A stretch of 64,000 nt of DNA from Candidatus Bathyarchaeia archaeon (lineage in GTDB: Archaea > Thermoproteota > Bathyarchaeia > 40CM-2-53-6). Position numbers and translations under genes: made by a program. Position 1 is the first letter of the stretch; every line of letters starts with the position of its first letter. The DNA is taken from positions 576,001 to 640,000 of the forward strand of contig JBEKFP010000001.1 in the NCBI GenBank assembly GCA_050013255.1. The letters run 5' to 3'. Below, in pieces: positions 18,901 through 29,327 of the stretch. Below the pieces are notes generated by a model. That model was given only the letters and a program-made list of their open reading frames with translations, did no database searches and was not told the origin of the DNA.

Positions 18901-19135
18901 ATGATAACACCCAATGATCTGAGTTGGTCAAGTTTGACAACTACCAAGCTTCCTAGTTGACGTAGCTAGGATGGCGGTGCGGACCGCGGTTTAAGCTAGT
19001 TCACCAACTCCCGGTACTGATTGGGTGCGTTAGAGTTAAACTGGAATTCGAAACGCAAGAAAACTATGCGGTTTGAGATGTCAACTACCAGGCTCAAATA
19101 ACTGAAGATATCAGATTCATTTAACTCAAAGAGTC

Positions 19136-19780
19136 ATGCTCATCATGGACCTATTCCGCTTCGTCGCCACCGTAGTTGTAGTAACAGCTTCAGGCGCGCT
19201 TGCTCCTGGTCCGTTGTTCTTCGGTTTACTCATGCACAGTTCTAAGGAAGGGGCTCGGGCCGGTTTTTTCGCGGCTATCGGACATACGCTCGTGGAGTTT
19301 CCGCTAGTCCTTGCTCTCGCCATGGGCTTGCTCGCGGCCGCGAGTCAACCGATGATCAAAGGAGTGATCGGCGTGGTTGGGGGCGCGGGGTTAATTGGTT
19401 TCGGTGTGATGCAAATCTATGGAACGCTCAGGAGCAAACCCCGACCGGATGAAATTCACACGACGAAAAGCTTGCCCGCAAGTTCTCTCGTTCTTGGCTT
19501 GGTGCTGACCGGGCTTAATCCCTACTTTATTCTCTGGTGGCTAACGATAGGTTCAATTCTAATCGTCCAAGCTTTAGCTTTCGCAGCTATCGTCGGCGTA
19601 CTGGTGATGTATGCCTCACATGTCTGGATGGACTACGCATTTCTGACGGCGATAGCCCATCTAGGCAAGAAGGGTAAGGGGATTGTTGGTTCAAGATACT
19701 ACAAGCTCGTCCTCATCGCCTTTGGGTTAATCCTCACCTACTACGGTGCAACTTTCGTAATAGAGGCCGCCAAGGTGTGA
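19136..19780 (+). CDS. LysE family translocator
   Basis: SGALAPGP, GHTLVE, NPYFILWW. Confidence 0.88.
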   Translation: MLIMDLFRFVATVVVVTASGALAPGPLFFGLLMHSSKEGARAGFFAAIGHTLVEFPLVLALAMGLLAAASQPMIKGVIGVVGGAGLIGFGVMQIYGTLRSKPRPDEIHTTKSLPASSLVLGLVLTGLNPYFILWWLTIGSILIVQALAFAAIVGVLVMYASHVWMDYAFLTAIAHLGKKGKGIVGSRYYKLVLIAFGLILTYYGATFVIEAAKV

Positions 19781-19828
19781 ACACGGAACGATTCCGTGAG
19801 AGGTCACTAGTTTTCTGCAAGAAAGAAT

Positions 19829-21253
19829 CTAGGTTTCAGACCTCGATATTCTCGCAATCTTCGCCTTGTAAATGATACCAATTGCACTTAGACCTGAAGC
19901 TCCCATGATCAGTACACCTAGAATGTAAAGCCAGTAAGACAATCCACCGATCGAAGGATCGACAAAAGTCCATAAAGACGTCCCTAAGGTTGCTACTAAG
20001 ACACCAACACCGGCCAACCAACCAGTGGCACGCTTCATCGTCCCACCGACACCATAGTAGTCAACACCCAGAAGCACCAAAGCCATGGCCGCTAGTGTCA
20101 TAATACCGAACATTGGGTTGACATTTGCGAACACGTCGTGGTTCGCAGCCAAGGTCGAACCAAAAAGATCTTCATGGAACTCTATGTAAAACCCCTCAAT
20201 TACGCTGTTCACAACCGCAGCAACCCAGATACCAAGCAAAGTCAACCTGACGCTGTCCTTCCATGAACTCTTTCCGTTTAGCTTGGTCAACGCCAGAGGA
20301 ATCAGCGCGATCATAGCTCCGAGAGCAGTGATCGTCATTACTGTATCGTCCCCTGCCATACCATTCACACCGTCAGGCCCACTTTGGAAGAGAGTGGGAG
20401 GAGCAAAATTGAGTGCGGCCTCAAAAATGAAAATGACCGTGACCGCGACCAAGCCGATTGAAGTTATCCACAAACCAAGGCTGGCCACATTTCTCCTTGA
20501 CCCTTTCAAATCTGAAAACTTGAAACGTGTCGCGACTAAAGCAACAACTCCCGTCATAATGGCGATCCCCATATCATGCGAGTGAGGACCAGCCAGAGCG
20601 GCCACAAAGGTCCCCGCGTCCCCGAAAAATGGGATGAAAACAGAAAAAATACCCACACCAAAAATCATCATCCAAAGATTTAGGAATCCAATCATTCCTG
20701 CGATAAAAGCCGAACCTACGGAGAACAATGCTAGCCAGTAGCCCGCCCCAGCCTTTGAGTACACTGAGAAATCCTTCCTGCCCGGAAACATTCTGAGCAC
20801 GTATTGTGGCCACATACGAGGTGGGAATGCCTTCATTTTCGGCGCGTAAGTTCCGGCCTGCTTTCTTGGCATGAGTAGGAGTTGAACGAAGAGGGCGCCA
20901 CCCACGTCACCGATCAAGATGAACGCTACGACATACAAACCCAAAGGTATGTCAGGAAAACTCGCGTCAAGGGTCGGGCTCAAGTAAAAAACGCCGCCGG
21001 CTGCTGCAAAGACAACAGCGGCAAAAGCTCTGTAGGATATGGGAAAATCAATTGGAGGCTCGTATTTCTGAAGATTGAAAATTGAAATCACCAAATAGGT
21101 GGCTAAGGCGGCAATTCCTATACCTATTGAATGGAAAAATAATATGCCATAGTACGTATCCAACCCTGGAGGTAAACCGAGGAAGGCGTATAGGCCTGCC
21201 GTGACCACGATGACTAGGGTCGTCGCCCACATGAGCGATTTGAGCGACAACAT
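19829..21253 (-). CDS. Polytopic (about 12 TM) membrane protein with intramembrane His motifs
   Basis: Hydrophobic ORF (opens at 21367); FFHSIG, GPHSHDM, EFHED. Confidence 0.65.
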   Translation of the reverse strand: MLSLKSLMWATTLVIVVTAGLYAFLGLPPGLDTYYGILFFHSIGIGIAALATYLVISIFNLQKYEPPIDFPISYRAFAAVVFAAAGGVFYLSPTLDASFPDIPLGLYVVAFILIGDVGGALFVQLLLMPRKQAGTYAPKMKAFPPRMWPQYVLRMFPGRKDFSVYSKAGAGYWLALFSVGSAFIAGMIGFLNLWMMIFGVGIFSVFIPFFGDAGTFVAALAGPHSHDMGIAIMTGVVALVATRFKFSDLKGSRRNVASLGLWITSIGLVAVTVIFIFEAALNFAPPTLFQSGPDGVNGMAGDDTVMTITALGAMIALIPLALTKLNGKSSWKDSVRLTLLGIWVAAVVNSVIEGFYIEFHEDLFGSTLAANHDVFANVNPMFGIMTLAAMALVLLGVDYYGVGGTMKRATGWLAGVGVLVATLGTSLWTFVDPSIGGLSYWLYILGVLIMGASGLSAIGIIYKAKIARISRSET

Positions 21254-21504
21254 GTAGTTGTGGGTATAGGTAACTGCCCCTACTTCTTGAACAGCCTTCA
21301 ACAAGATCCCGCACGGGTTTACTCGGTAATTACTTAAGGTGTTCGCATGCTGAGTAAGTATGAACATAATCCGGATTGACGGGAAGTAGAGGGAGCCTGC
21401 TCTAATCTACCATGGACCTCCGTTCTGGATGCGGTTAGCGCGTAGAGTCCTTTCCCGGCATTGTTCGCTTTTATTGCTGGGAGTCGGAATCATCCCGGTT
21501 TACT

Positions 21505-21867
21505 ATGACTGCAACCAATCCTGCTCCCGTCAAACCATTCGTACCCATTGACGTACTAAACGAGATTGACATTCGAGTTGGGACAATTGACCTTGTTGAG
21601 GAAGTGAAAGGATCGGACAAATTGATGAAGCTGACTGTGAACTTCGGAAACCATAAAAGAAGCATACTGACCGGAATCAGAAAAGAACGCCCAAATCCGA
21701 AGGAGGTTGAAGGAAAACAGGCTCTATTCATCGTCAACCTCGAACCCAAGAGAATGTTTGGAGAACTTTCTGAAGGGATGCTCTTAGACATAGGGTATGC
21801 TGATGGAATTGTCCCTGTGCTTGCAGTGCCGGAACGGCCCGTACCTAATGGCGCGCGGGCCGGGTGA
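21505..21867 (+). CDS. csaA: tRNA-binding / export chaperone CsaA (Trbp111) family
   Basis: IDIRVGTI, KLMKLTVNFG, VNLEPKRMFGELSEGM, VPNGARAG. Confidence 0.85.
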   Translation: MTATNPAPVKPFVPIDVLNEIDIRVGTIDLVEEVKGSDKLMKLTVNFGNHKRSILTGIRKERPNPKEVEGKQALFIVNLEPKRMFGELSEGMLLDIGYADGIVPVLAVPERPVPNGARAG

Positions 21868-21933
21868 CTTCTTGGCTCAAACAATGAATTATAGAAAGAA
21901 AAGGTGGAGGAGAGTTGGGTGCTGAGTCTTAGC

Positions 21934-22479
21934 TTAGTGTTTGGAGCGCATTGCAATCAGATATCCTAATCCTCCGGCGAAGAATCCGATTAGGCCGAGA
22001 ATTAGAAAGATCGCTATTGGTTCACTGTAGTATTGTAGGATGTTCACATGTACTTGCCCTGTGTTCCATCCCATACCTCCGAACGTAGTAGGTTGCATGG
22101 CGGCACCACCAAGGTATCCACCTGCCATGGCTAGGAATGCCGCGCCCGCTACGCCGATGTTGCCGAGAACTAGATGTATCCAAGCCAATATTTTCGACGC
22201 GCCCTTGTAGGTCCTGCCTTGCACGGTCTCAATGAAGAAGTAAAACAGTGAAGTCACCGCGATCCCGACCACGCCGACTATCAAGTAGGTGAGGTATCCC
22301 ACGGTGAACCAAGTTCCTGCTTCCCCACTTGCGATTACTCTGGAGACTGCAACCGGCAACAAGCGGATTTGATCGCCGAAGCCACCTAGAAATGTAATGA
22401 CTGCTGCGGCTGCACCTTGGATCATTGCTGCGTATAGAAATAGACTGGCCATTTTGCTTTGGGCTCCTTTTGTTTGCAA
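21934..22479 (-). CDS. 4-TM hypothetical membrane protein
   Basis: Hydrophobic helices; LAWIHLVLGNIG; GGAGG upstream. Confidence 0.7.
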   Translation of the reverse strand: MQTKGAQSKMASLFLYAAMIQGAAAAVITFLGGFGDQIRLLPVAVSRVIASGEAGTWFTVGYLTYLIVGVVGIAVTSLFYFFIETVQGRTYKGASKILAWIHLVLGNIGVAGAAFLAMAGGYLGGAAMQPTTFGGMGWNTGQVHVNILQYYSEPIAIFLILGLIGFFAGGLGYLIAMRSKH

Positions 22480-22622
22480 TTTTATCCCTCCCTCAAAGTT
22501 GTGATGCGGTAAGTATCATCTAACCCCATTTAAGAGCCAAGTATATGTTTTCCATACGAGAAAATAAAAAATCAAATACGAGCCCCCAAACGACCCAGCG
22601 TTAACTGGGACCGTTCCAGCTC

Positions 22623-23333
22623 CTACTTAGCCCAACATTGACCTCGACTTGTGATGTCCAACTGCTCGATGAGTAACGGCAGATCGTTTACTGATCCTAG
22701 AAGGTAGTCTGGTTCAGCTTGAATCAATCTATCGCTCCGGAACGGCCCTGTAGCAACAGCAGCAGAACGTAACCCTGCCGCCCGCGCCGCCATGATGTCG
22801 ATGACACCATCGCCTACAAGAATGGCCTCTTCGGGTGTGACATTCATTTCGGTCAGAAGTTTTCGAACCGGGGCGCCGTCCGGTTTCATCTCTTCGCAGT
22901 CATCTCTCGTAACGATAGCGTCGAAGAAGGTTGTCAGTTGGCATCGCCTGAGAGTTATTTCTGTGCCAGCATGCCCGTTGTTCGTTACTAGTCCAATTCT
23001 CAGGCCGCGAGCACGGAGCACTTGGAGCGTCTCAACAGCACCGGGGTACAAGGTAACCTCGTTCGCGGCTTTGACTTCCATGTCTTCAAGGAGGTCGTAG
23101 AATCTTCGCCGGAGGCTTGTGAACCTATCAGTATCCAGTTCATCCTTCAGTTTCTTGAGGATAAGATAGAGGCTGAGTTGTTCACTCATTTCCGGCGTGC
23201 GCAGGTTTAGTTTGTCAACTTCCCGCAGTGCTTTGCGTCGGGCAGCCATGTAGTCGAGGTTGAACTTCGTTATCGTTCCATCCATGTCCATTACGATGCC
23301 TTTGATCGTCAAGCACTTGTCTTCCAGAAGCAT
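22623..23333 (-). CDS. HAD-superfamily hydrolase (phosphoglycolate phosphatase-like)
   Basis: DMDGT, VTNN, KPD, VGDGVIDI. ORF extends to 23387. Confidence 0.9.
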   Translation of the reverse strand: MLLEDKCLTIKGIVMDMDGTITKFNLDYMAARRKALREVDKLNLRTPEMSEQLSLYLILKKLKDELDTDRFTSLRRRFYDLLEDMEVKAANEVTLYPGAVETLQVLRARGLRIGLVTNNGHAGTEITLRRCQLTTFFDAIVTRDDCEEMKPDGAPVRKLLTEMNVTPEEAILVGDGVIDIMAARAAGLRSAAVATGPFRSDRLIQAEPDYLLGSVNDLPLLIEQLDITSRGQCWAK

Positions 23334-23385
23334 TGTCTGGCAACGACTAATAGTGGAATTCATTAAAGGTTGATGATGATTACCC

Positions 23386-23964
23386 ATGCCCTGGAAAGAG
23401 GTTGACCTAGCTAGGGTCCACAGATTGTTCTATCCGCAAGTTCCAGTCGTCATCACCTGCGAGTTTGATGGAAGAGTTGGGGGAATGCCTGCTATCTGGT
23501 GCATGCCCCTCTCGTTCAACCCTCCCTTGGTCGGAGTCGCCATCGCACCGGAACATGAGACCTACAGAATGATTATGGGCGCACGGGCGTTCGGTATCAA
23601 TTGGCTAGGTTTCTCTCATGCTGGACAGATTGGTGAGCTTGGTGAGACCTCAGCCAAAACCTACATTAACAAACTCTCGGCGGCCGGTTTCAAAACAATC
23701 AAAGGCAAGAGAACGTCCCAACCCCTAATCCAAGAAGCCTCCGCGGCCCTGGAATGCCGCCTCAACGAAACGCACCGAACCGGGACACATGAACTCGTGG
23801 TCGGCGAAGCAGTAGACGCAATGGCGAATAGCGACTTTGTCGACTACTGGAACCTCTCAAGATACACCCCCCTTCTCTACGTTGGGACAGTGAATGGTAA
23901 GGAAAAGAGCTGGGTCTTCAGATCAGTGCGTGGGAAGTCCGTGGAAGTCCCTCTCAGACACTAG
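23386..23964 (+). CDS. Flavin reductase-like (flavoredoxin) family protein
   Basis: LFYPQVPVVI, SFNPPLVGVAI, LECRL..GTHELVVGE. Confidence 0.88.
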   Translation: MPWKEVDLARVHRLFYPQVPVVITCEFDGRVGGMPAIWCMPLSFNPPLVGVAIAPEHETYRMIMGARAFGINWLGFSHAGQIGELGETSAKTYINKLSAAGFKTIKGKRTSQPLIQEASAALECRLNETHRTGTHELVVGEAVDAMANSDFVDYWNLSRYTPLLYVGTVNGKEKSWVFRSVRGKSVEVPLRH

Positions 23965-25325
23965 GTTCGAGCGAAGTTCTCCACAATCGTCCCTGCATAC
24001 TCGATTCCCCTGAAGAAATCCTCCACCACTTCAAACTCGTTCGGTGCATGCGCATGCGAAAATGCCGAGGCACATCCCGCCCAAACAGAATTTAGACCCA
24101 ACCTCTTCGTGAAGAGATAATCCGGGCCAGAACCTGCGGCGGTCGGAGACACAGACGCCTCATTCTTGAACACCTGTTTTGCAGCCGAGATGACTGCTCG
24201 AGCGATAGGTGCATCGATAGGGGTCTTCGAAGGTTCTACGCTGTTTAGCTTTACAACTTCAATGTCTCGGAAATTGTGCTTTCTCAGGTGTACTTCCAAT
24301 TTCTTGAGGAGGTCTTCAGGGTTTTGGTCATAGACCAACCTGAAGTCAAGTTTGGCCATGGCCTTGCTGGGGAGAACTGTTTTGGAGCCTTTCGCTGTAT
24401 ATCCGGTGATAAAGCCGCAGACATTGCAGGTTGGTTCGTAGAGGAGAACTCTCAGTGCCTCGAATCCTCTTCTTTCAAGCAAGAAAGAGGATAGGCCCAT
24501 CTCTGACTTATTCCTCTCTTCGTCGAACGGCATTTTCCTCAGGAGTTCAAGTTCGGCCGGAGTCGGTTTGTGTACTCGATCGTACCAACCATCAATCCTG
24601 ATCTTTTCATCACCTTGCTTAATCGAGCCGAGTGCCCAGATTATGCGCCACGCGGGATTCGGAGCCAGTGGGGCTAGGGAAGAGTGAAGATCGACCTTCG
24701 GCCCAGACGCATGGAGCTCGACGTAGAGTATGCCTTTCACACCCAAAACGACCTCAGGCCTGCCCGTTTCATCTATTCCTCCGTCAAAGCACACGTCAGC
24801 GTCAGCTTTCAACTTCAATCTATTTTCCTCCACAAAGTGCGGAAGATGAGGACTGCCGATTTCCTCCTCACCTTCGAAGAAGAATTTCAAGTTGACAGGC
24901 AATTCGCTATTGGTATTCCGATAGGCTTCCACCATTTTGACCAACGCCATTACGTTGTTCTTCGAATCGGAAGCACCGCGCGCAAAGATTTTCCCATTTT
25001 TCAACTCCGCCTCAAAGGGATCCGACTTCCATTCTTCTAGAGGCTCAGGGGGTTGTACATCATAATGACCATAGAACAATAACGTCTGCTTCGACTTCTT
25101 GTTCAGGACACTACCCAACAGGACTGGGTTCCCGTCGGGCTCGTCCACAAGTTCAGTTTCTATTCCTGCTTTTCGCATGAACCGTTCCAGAAGATTGGCG
25201 CATTCACGGATTCCGTGTGCCTGCGCCGAAACGCTCGGTTGCCTGAGCAATGTTCGAAAGTCCTCTAGTATCCTGTCTCGATTGCTGGTCACGTAGGCAG
25301 CGGCGCTACGATTCATCCTATCCAC
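23961..25325 (-). CDS. M20/M25/M40 family metallopeptidase
   Basis: YGHYDVQP, ARGASDSK, EGEEEIGS, DLHS, HAPNE. Confidence 0.92.
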   Translation of the reverse strand: MDRMNRSAAAYVTSNRDRILEDFRTLLRQPSVSAQAHGIRECANLLERFMRKAGIETELVDEPDGNPVLLGSVLNKKSKQTLLFYGHYDVQPPEPLEEWKSDPFEAELKNGKIFARGASDSKNNVMALVKMVEAYRNTNSELPVNLKFFFEGEEEIGSPHLPHFVEENRLKLKADADVCFDGGIDETGRPEVVLGVKGILYVELHASGPKVDLHSSLAPLAPNPAWRIIWALGSIKQGDEKIRIDGWYDRVHKPTPAELELLRKMPFDEERNKSEMGLSSFLLERRGFEALRVLLYEPTCNVCGFITGYTAKGSKTVLPSKAMAKLDFRLVYDQNPEDLLKKLEVHLRKHNFRDIEVVKLNSVEPSKTPIDAPIARAVISAAKQVFKNEASVSPTAAGSGPDYLFTKRLGLNSVWAGCASAFSHAHAPNEFEVVEDFFRGIEYAGTIVENFART

Positions 25326-25405
25326 TGGCCAAACTTTGGTGCCGACCTCGTTGAAAACGGTTTCTTATGTCAATAGGTGGCAGTTTTAATTGTTGGCGAG
25401 TTGGT

Positions 25406-25822
25406 TTGCTTGAACGAGTCGCTTTGGAATTCACTAGGGCTGAGAAGCGGTTCATCGATGATAATGATGTGGCAAGATTCGCTACAGTGGACCCGGATGG
25501 GATCCCGCATGTGGTTCCGGTCTGTTACGTCCATAGTTCGGACGCGTTCTGGGTGGCAACTGATTACGGGACAAGAAAATACCGCAATCTCCAGAGGAAC
25601 GATAAAGTCGCCTTACTTGTCGATGCTGGTAGCGCGTCTAATTGCGGCATACTCGTCCAGGGACGGGCTAAGACCTTCGATAGAGGGCCGGAGTTCCGTG
25701 AGATTTATGACGTTTTTCACAGGAAATTCGATTGGGTTCGTGAAATGCCTTGGAAGGAAGGTGAGGCACCTTTCGTCAGGATTGAACCAATACGGAAGGT
25801 GAGTTGGGGACCGAAACAGTAA
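25406..25822 (+). CDS. Pyridoxamine 5'-phosphate oxidase-like (PPOX, possibly F420-dependent) protein
   Basis: ARFATVDPDGIPHVVPV, KYRNLQRNDKVALLVD. ORF opens at 25367. Confidence 0.85.
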   Translation: MLERVALEFTRAEKRFIDDNDVARFATVDPDGIPHVVPVCYVHSSDAFWVATDYGTRKYRNLQRNDKVALLVDAGSASNCGILVQGRAKTFDRGPEFREIYDVFHRKFDWVREMPWKEGEAPFVRIEPIRKVSWGPKQ

Positions 25823-25957
25823 GACTATGCATTGCTGTGATGGGTGCAAATCTTAGAATAGTCTTAGCGGCCATTTGCCTGAGAATTTACAAGGTCTTGT
25901 TGAAATTTGCGTAGGCTTAATTTAGCGCCTTGCGGTGGGAGGTTTAGGTATTTGATT

Positions 25958-26188
25958 ATGAGCTATTGTGGTTGTGGTTACCCGTACAGCTATTCGTCGT
26001 ACCAGTACTCACCGTACCAGTACTCGCCGTACCAGTACTATGGCTATTCACCTTACATGGCGTACCCATCGTACGGCTACTATCCATCCTACGGCCTGCC
26101 GTTAGGCTACGTTTACAGCGAACCATTTGCCTTTGGTTACCCGCGCGGTGAACACCGCGTCGGCAACTGCCTAATGATCTGTCAGTAG
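25958..26188 (+). CDS. Small Tyr-rich low-complexity protein
   Basis: 76 aa, 21 Tyr, (SPYQY)n repeats; GGAGG upstream; synonymous variation among repeats supports coding. Confidence 0.65.
   Translation: MSYCGCGYPYSYSSYQYSPYQYSPYQYYGYSPYMAYPSYGYYPSYGLPLGYVYSEPFAFGYPRGEHRVGNCLMICQ
25994..26038 (+). repeat. 3 x 15-bp in-frame tandem repeat
   Basis: tcgtcgtaccagtac / tcaccgtaccagtac / tcgccgtaccagtac. Confidence 0.9.
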
Positions 26189-26298
26189 AGCAACAACTCT
26201 TCCTTCGCGTCTATGAGGCCGCAATGTGAATAGCAGCGTAAGCTCTAGACCGGCCGCCGATTGTTGGGTCCTAGAGTCTCATTGGGGTCCATTTCAAA

Positions 26299-27570
26299 AT
26301 GAGTGGCCACGAGTCACACAACGCACGTGACGTTAAGCTTCTGCTTGTTGCAATGGGCATTAACGCGTTACCTCTTGGTTACACGCTCGTCGTTTTGCCG
26401 ATCTATTTGAGCAACCTAGGTTTCTCAGGCGAGGTAATAGGTGCAATAACAGCTGCTTCGTCTTTTGCAAGCACGATTGGGCTGATACCTTTCGCGATTG
26501 CTGCCGACCGTTATGGTAGGAAGCCTTTCGTTGTTTGGGGCTTCCTATCGGCGACCTTGGCCTACATAGTCTTTGCATTTACCCGCGACTTGAACTCGTT
26601 GTTAATAGCTGGCGCAATTGGTGGAATTGGGTTAGCGGGTGGTTTCAGTACCGCAGTCTGGACGCCTGCGTGGACGGCACTCATTTCCGAAAAGGCGGGA
26701 GCGGAAGAGCGAACCAGAGTTTTCGCGTTGTCGCAAGGTATCTGGACGATTGCACTAACCGCTGGGTCAGCTGCGAGTGTTCTTCCAGCCTTCTTCCGCG
26801 CACAGTTCAGTTCGACGTTCCTAGCATCTTACGAGTATCCGTTTCTGATTTTTGTGGGCCTCTCGATTTTATCGGGTTTGGTTCTCTTACCAATTTCTGA
26901 GTCGAAAGTGATTCCGACAGGCCTCAACGACGGCCACCGATGGAACTTCCTTCCCAAGAAATCGCGTCCTCAAATCGCCAAGTTCTCAGCGACCTTAGGT
27001 TTGGTCGGGTTTGGATCCGGAATTGGCCTCCAGCTGCTTTCTCTCTGGTTCAATAAGGTGTATGGGACAAGTGAAACGACTCTCGGCCCATGGTTCGCGG
27101 TAGCCGAAATAACATCACTGATCGTTGTACCAATAGTTCCGAGATTAACGAAAAGCTTGGGCACCCCCAAGAGTGTTCTCATGACGCAGGGATTATCAGC
27201 CAGTCTGCTGGCGTCAATGGTTCTTGCGCCAACATACCAGTTCGCTGCATCCATCTTTATTGCGCGTAACTTCTTCATGAACTTGGCATGGCCAGTGCAA
27301 CAATCTTACTTGATGGGAACCGTAACGCCCGACGAACGGGCCTCCGCATCAGCGATAACTTACACAATCTGGGGGGTAGGAAATTCCGTTAGTCCGATTC
27401 TAGCAGGCTATTTCCTAAGCCAGGCTTCACCGCTCTCGCTCTCCGCGCCTCTACTAATCGGCGGAGCAGCATATTTGGCGGGTGCTGTAGGCTTTTACAT
27501 ACTCTTTCGCGGAATCCCGCCAGCAGAGGAGGTACTCCCCCTATCAAACATCGGTCATGAGGTCATGTAG
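26299..27570 (+). CDS. MFS transporter
   Basis: About 12 TM; ADRYGRK motif A. Confidence 0.92.
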   Translation: MSGHESHNARDVKLLLVAMGINALPLGYTLVVLPIYLSNLGFSGEVIGAITAASSFASTIGLIPFAIAADRYGRKPFVVWGFLSATLAYIVFAFTRDLNSLLIAGAIGGIGLAGGFSTAVWTPAWTALISEKAGAEERTRVFALSQGIWTIALTAGSAASVLPAFFRAQFSSTFLASYEYPFLIFVGLSILSGLVLLPISESKVIPTGLNDGHRWNFLPKKSRPQIAKFSATLGLVGFGSGIGLQLLSLWFNKVYGTSETTLGPWFAVAEITSLIVVPIVPRLTKSLGTPKSVLMTQGLSASLLASMVLAPTYQFAASIFIARNFFMNLAWPVQQSYLMGTVTPDERASASAITYTIWGVGNSVSPILAGYFLSQASPLSLSAPLLIGGAAYLAGAVGFYILFRGIPPAEEVLPLSNIGHEVM

Positions 27571-27585
27571 ACGAGGGGCTGAATC

Positions 27586-27969
27586 TCAAGCCTTAACAGG
27601 GACTAGTTTCTTGCCCTCCCAGTTGAAACCTAACTCCTTCAGCTCTTCCAAGAACCACCTTAGGTTTTCTTTCGGTTCATGAAACCTGTCGAAGAGCTCT
27701 TTCATGACATACCCGAGGAATGAGGCGAAGAGTTGCTTATCCTCGATGTACAGCCGGTTTAGGAATAACGACAAGCGGTCAAGCTCGTAATCTCCCGTGA
27801 GGACATCGGCATAGACATTTTCCCAAGCTTTCTCCAGGTTGAAATGCCGCACAGCTTCACGCATATACGGGAAAAGGTCAGTGAAATATTCGCGTAACAT
27901 TCCCTGGGAGCGAAAGACTGCCTGCACAAGTTTTCTAATTCTCATATCTACTTCTGGAATGCCGCTCAA
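27586..27969 (-). CDS. Hypothetical protein
   Basis: 127 aa helical ORF co-oriented with upstream genes. Confidence 0.6.
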   Translation of the reverse strand: MSGIPEVDMRIRKLVQAVFRSQGMLREYFTDLFPYMREAVRHFNLEKAWENVYADVLTGDYELDRLSLFLNRLYIEDKQLFASFLGYVMKELFDRFHEPKENLRWFLEELKELGFNWEGKKLVPVKA

Positions 27970-28008
27970 AGATCATCGATCCAACGAGTCTACAACCTTA
28001 GCTCCCTA

Positions 28009-29301
28009 TTATGGATAGATTTCCTTGAGCATGAGTTTTATTCGGTTTTCTACTTCGCTCGGTTCTACCGCGCCAGTTTCCGTAATGTATTCCGAAACGT
28101 CGTGGCTTGGCGTGATGTCGAAAAGGTCGTTTGAAGCCTGAACAGGTTCACCTAGAAAATCGGCCGTACTGAACTTCATCGACTCGCAGACACTGTAGAA
28201 GGGGATTCCCCGTTCTTTTGCTGCGGCAGCAATGCTCTTGGTTCCGACCTTGTGAAGTAGGGAACCATCCGTCAGGACGCTGTCAGCCCCAACCAACACG
28301 ATGTCAACACCTGAAATAACTGAACTAGCCGCTGAATCGGCGACGAGTTTCACAGGCACACCCAGACCCGCTAGGGCTTTAGCGAGCTTCCTTCCTTCCA
28401 TTCCCGGGTATGACTCTGTGGCATAAACCTCGAATTGTTTCCTACCCTTCATGCCTAGCTCCAACGCCCTTAGGACAGTGCTACTGTAGCTGTGGGTGAG
28501 GACATGGTCAGCTTCTGGCAATATAGCAACGGCGTTTCTCGAGGCGTCCTCCGAGGCGCCGCTTGACCGTTGAGCCATCCCCTCAGATAGCGAGCGGATT
28601 AACATCCCGTAATCGGCAGCGGAAACTGAGCCCTCCTTCCGGGCGGCCGAGAATAAGAACATGCCAACTAGATTTCTTACATTCGCCATAGCTGGTTGCA
28701 CTTTGCGCAACTTTAGCGCCGCAAATAGGAGGTTGCAGAACACCTCCTCAGTAGTTGTGGTCCCTGAAATTTCAGTGGTGGCAGCTAGTAGTTGAATTGC
28801 GCTCCGGCCGATTGTGCTTGCCCCGTGAACCTTATCCTTCGCAAGAGAGTCGACTCCTGCCATAACCTTGGTGAGCTCTTCTGGAGCGGAATGGAAGTTG
28901 CAGCGGACGCGGTCAAAGGTTTCTTCGAGTTTCGGGACCGTTTCATACGACCTTAGCTCATTAGGGTGAATCCATCTGCATTCTGCATTTTCCCAATCGA
29001 GCATAATTGTATTTGACCGTGTTTCAAACAGGAATGGGTGAACAATCCAGACAGTCTTCGTTTGCTCGTCATATGCGCGAAGGACTTCACCCGCCCTTAC
29101 CAAGTCGATATACTCTGGGGACAAGCCGAGCTCTTCTTGTATTTCGATTTGCGCGCGTTGTAGCGGATCTTCGCTTCCTTCCAGATAGCCACTTACCGCT
29201 GCCCATTTGCCCTTGTGTGTCCCAACCTTCTCGCTTCTTCTTAGTAGAAGGATTTTTTTATCGGCAATCAGAAACGCGGTTACGACGTTTTTGTATTCCA
29301 A
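28009..29301 (-). CDS. NUDIX hydrolase fused to an eIF-2B/ribose-1,5-bisphosphate isomerase-like domain
   Basis: GYLEGSEDPLQRAQIEIQEELGL NUDIX box; QPAMA, LTHSYSSTV, TESYPGMEG, VGADSV, HKVGT, FDITP. Confidence 0.88.
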   Translation of the reverse strand: MEYKNVVTAFLIADKKILLLRRSEKVGTHKGKWAAVSGYLEGSEDPLQRAQIEIQEELGLSPEYIDLVRAGEVLRAYDEQTKTVWIVHPFLFETRSNTIMLDWENAECRWIHPNELRSYETVPKLEETFDRVRCNFHSAPEELTKVMAGVDSLAKDKVHGASTIGRSAIQLLAATTEISGTTTTEEVFCNLLFAALKLRKVQPAMANVRNLVGMFLFSAARKEGSVSAADYGMLIRSLSEGMAQRSSGASEDASRNAVAILPEADHVLTHSYSSTVLRALELGMKGRKQFEVYATESYPGMEGRKLAKALAGLGVPVKLVADSAASSVISGVDIVLVGADSVLTDGSLLHKVGTKSIAAAAKERGIPFYSVCESMKFSTADFLGEPVQASNDLFDITPSHDVSEYITETGAVEPSEVENRIKLMLKEIYP

Positions 29302-29327
29302 TTAGCCACACTGAAAACTCTCTTTGC

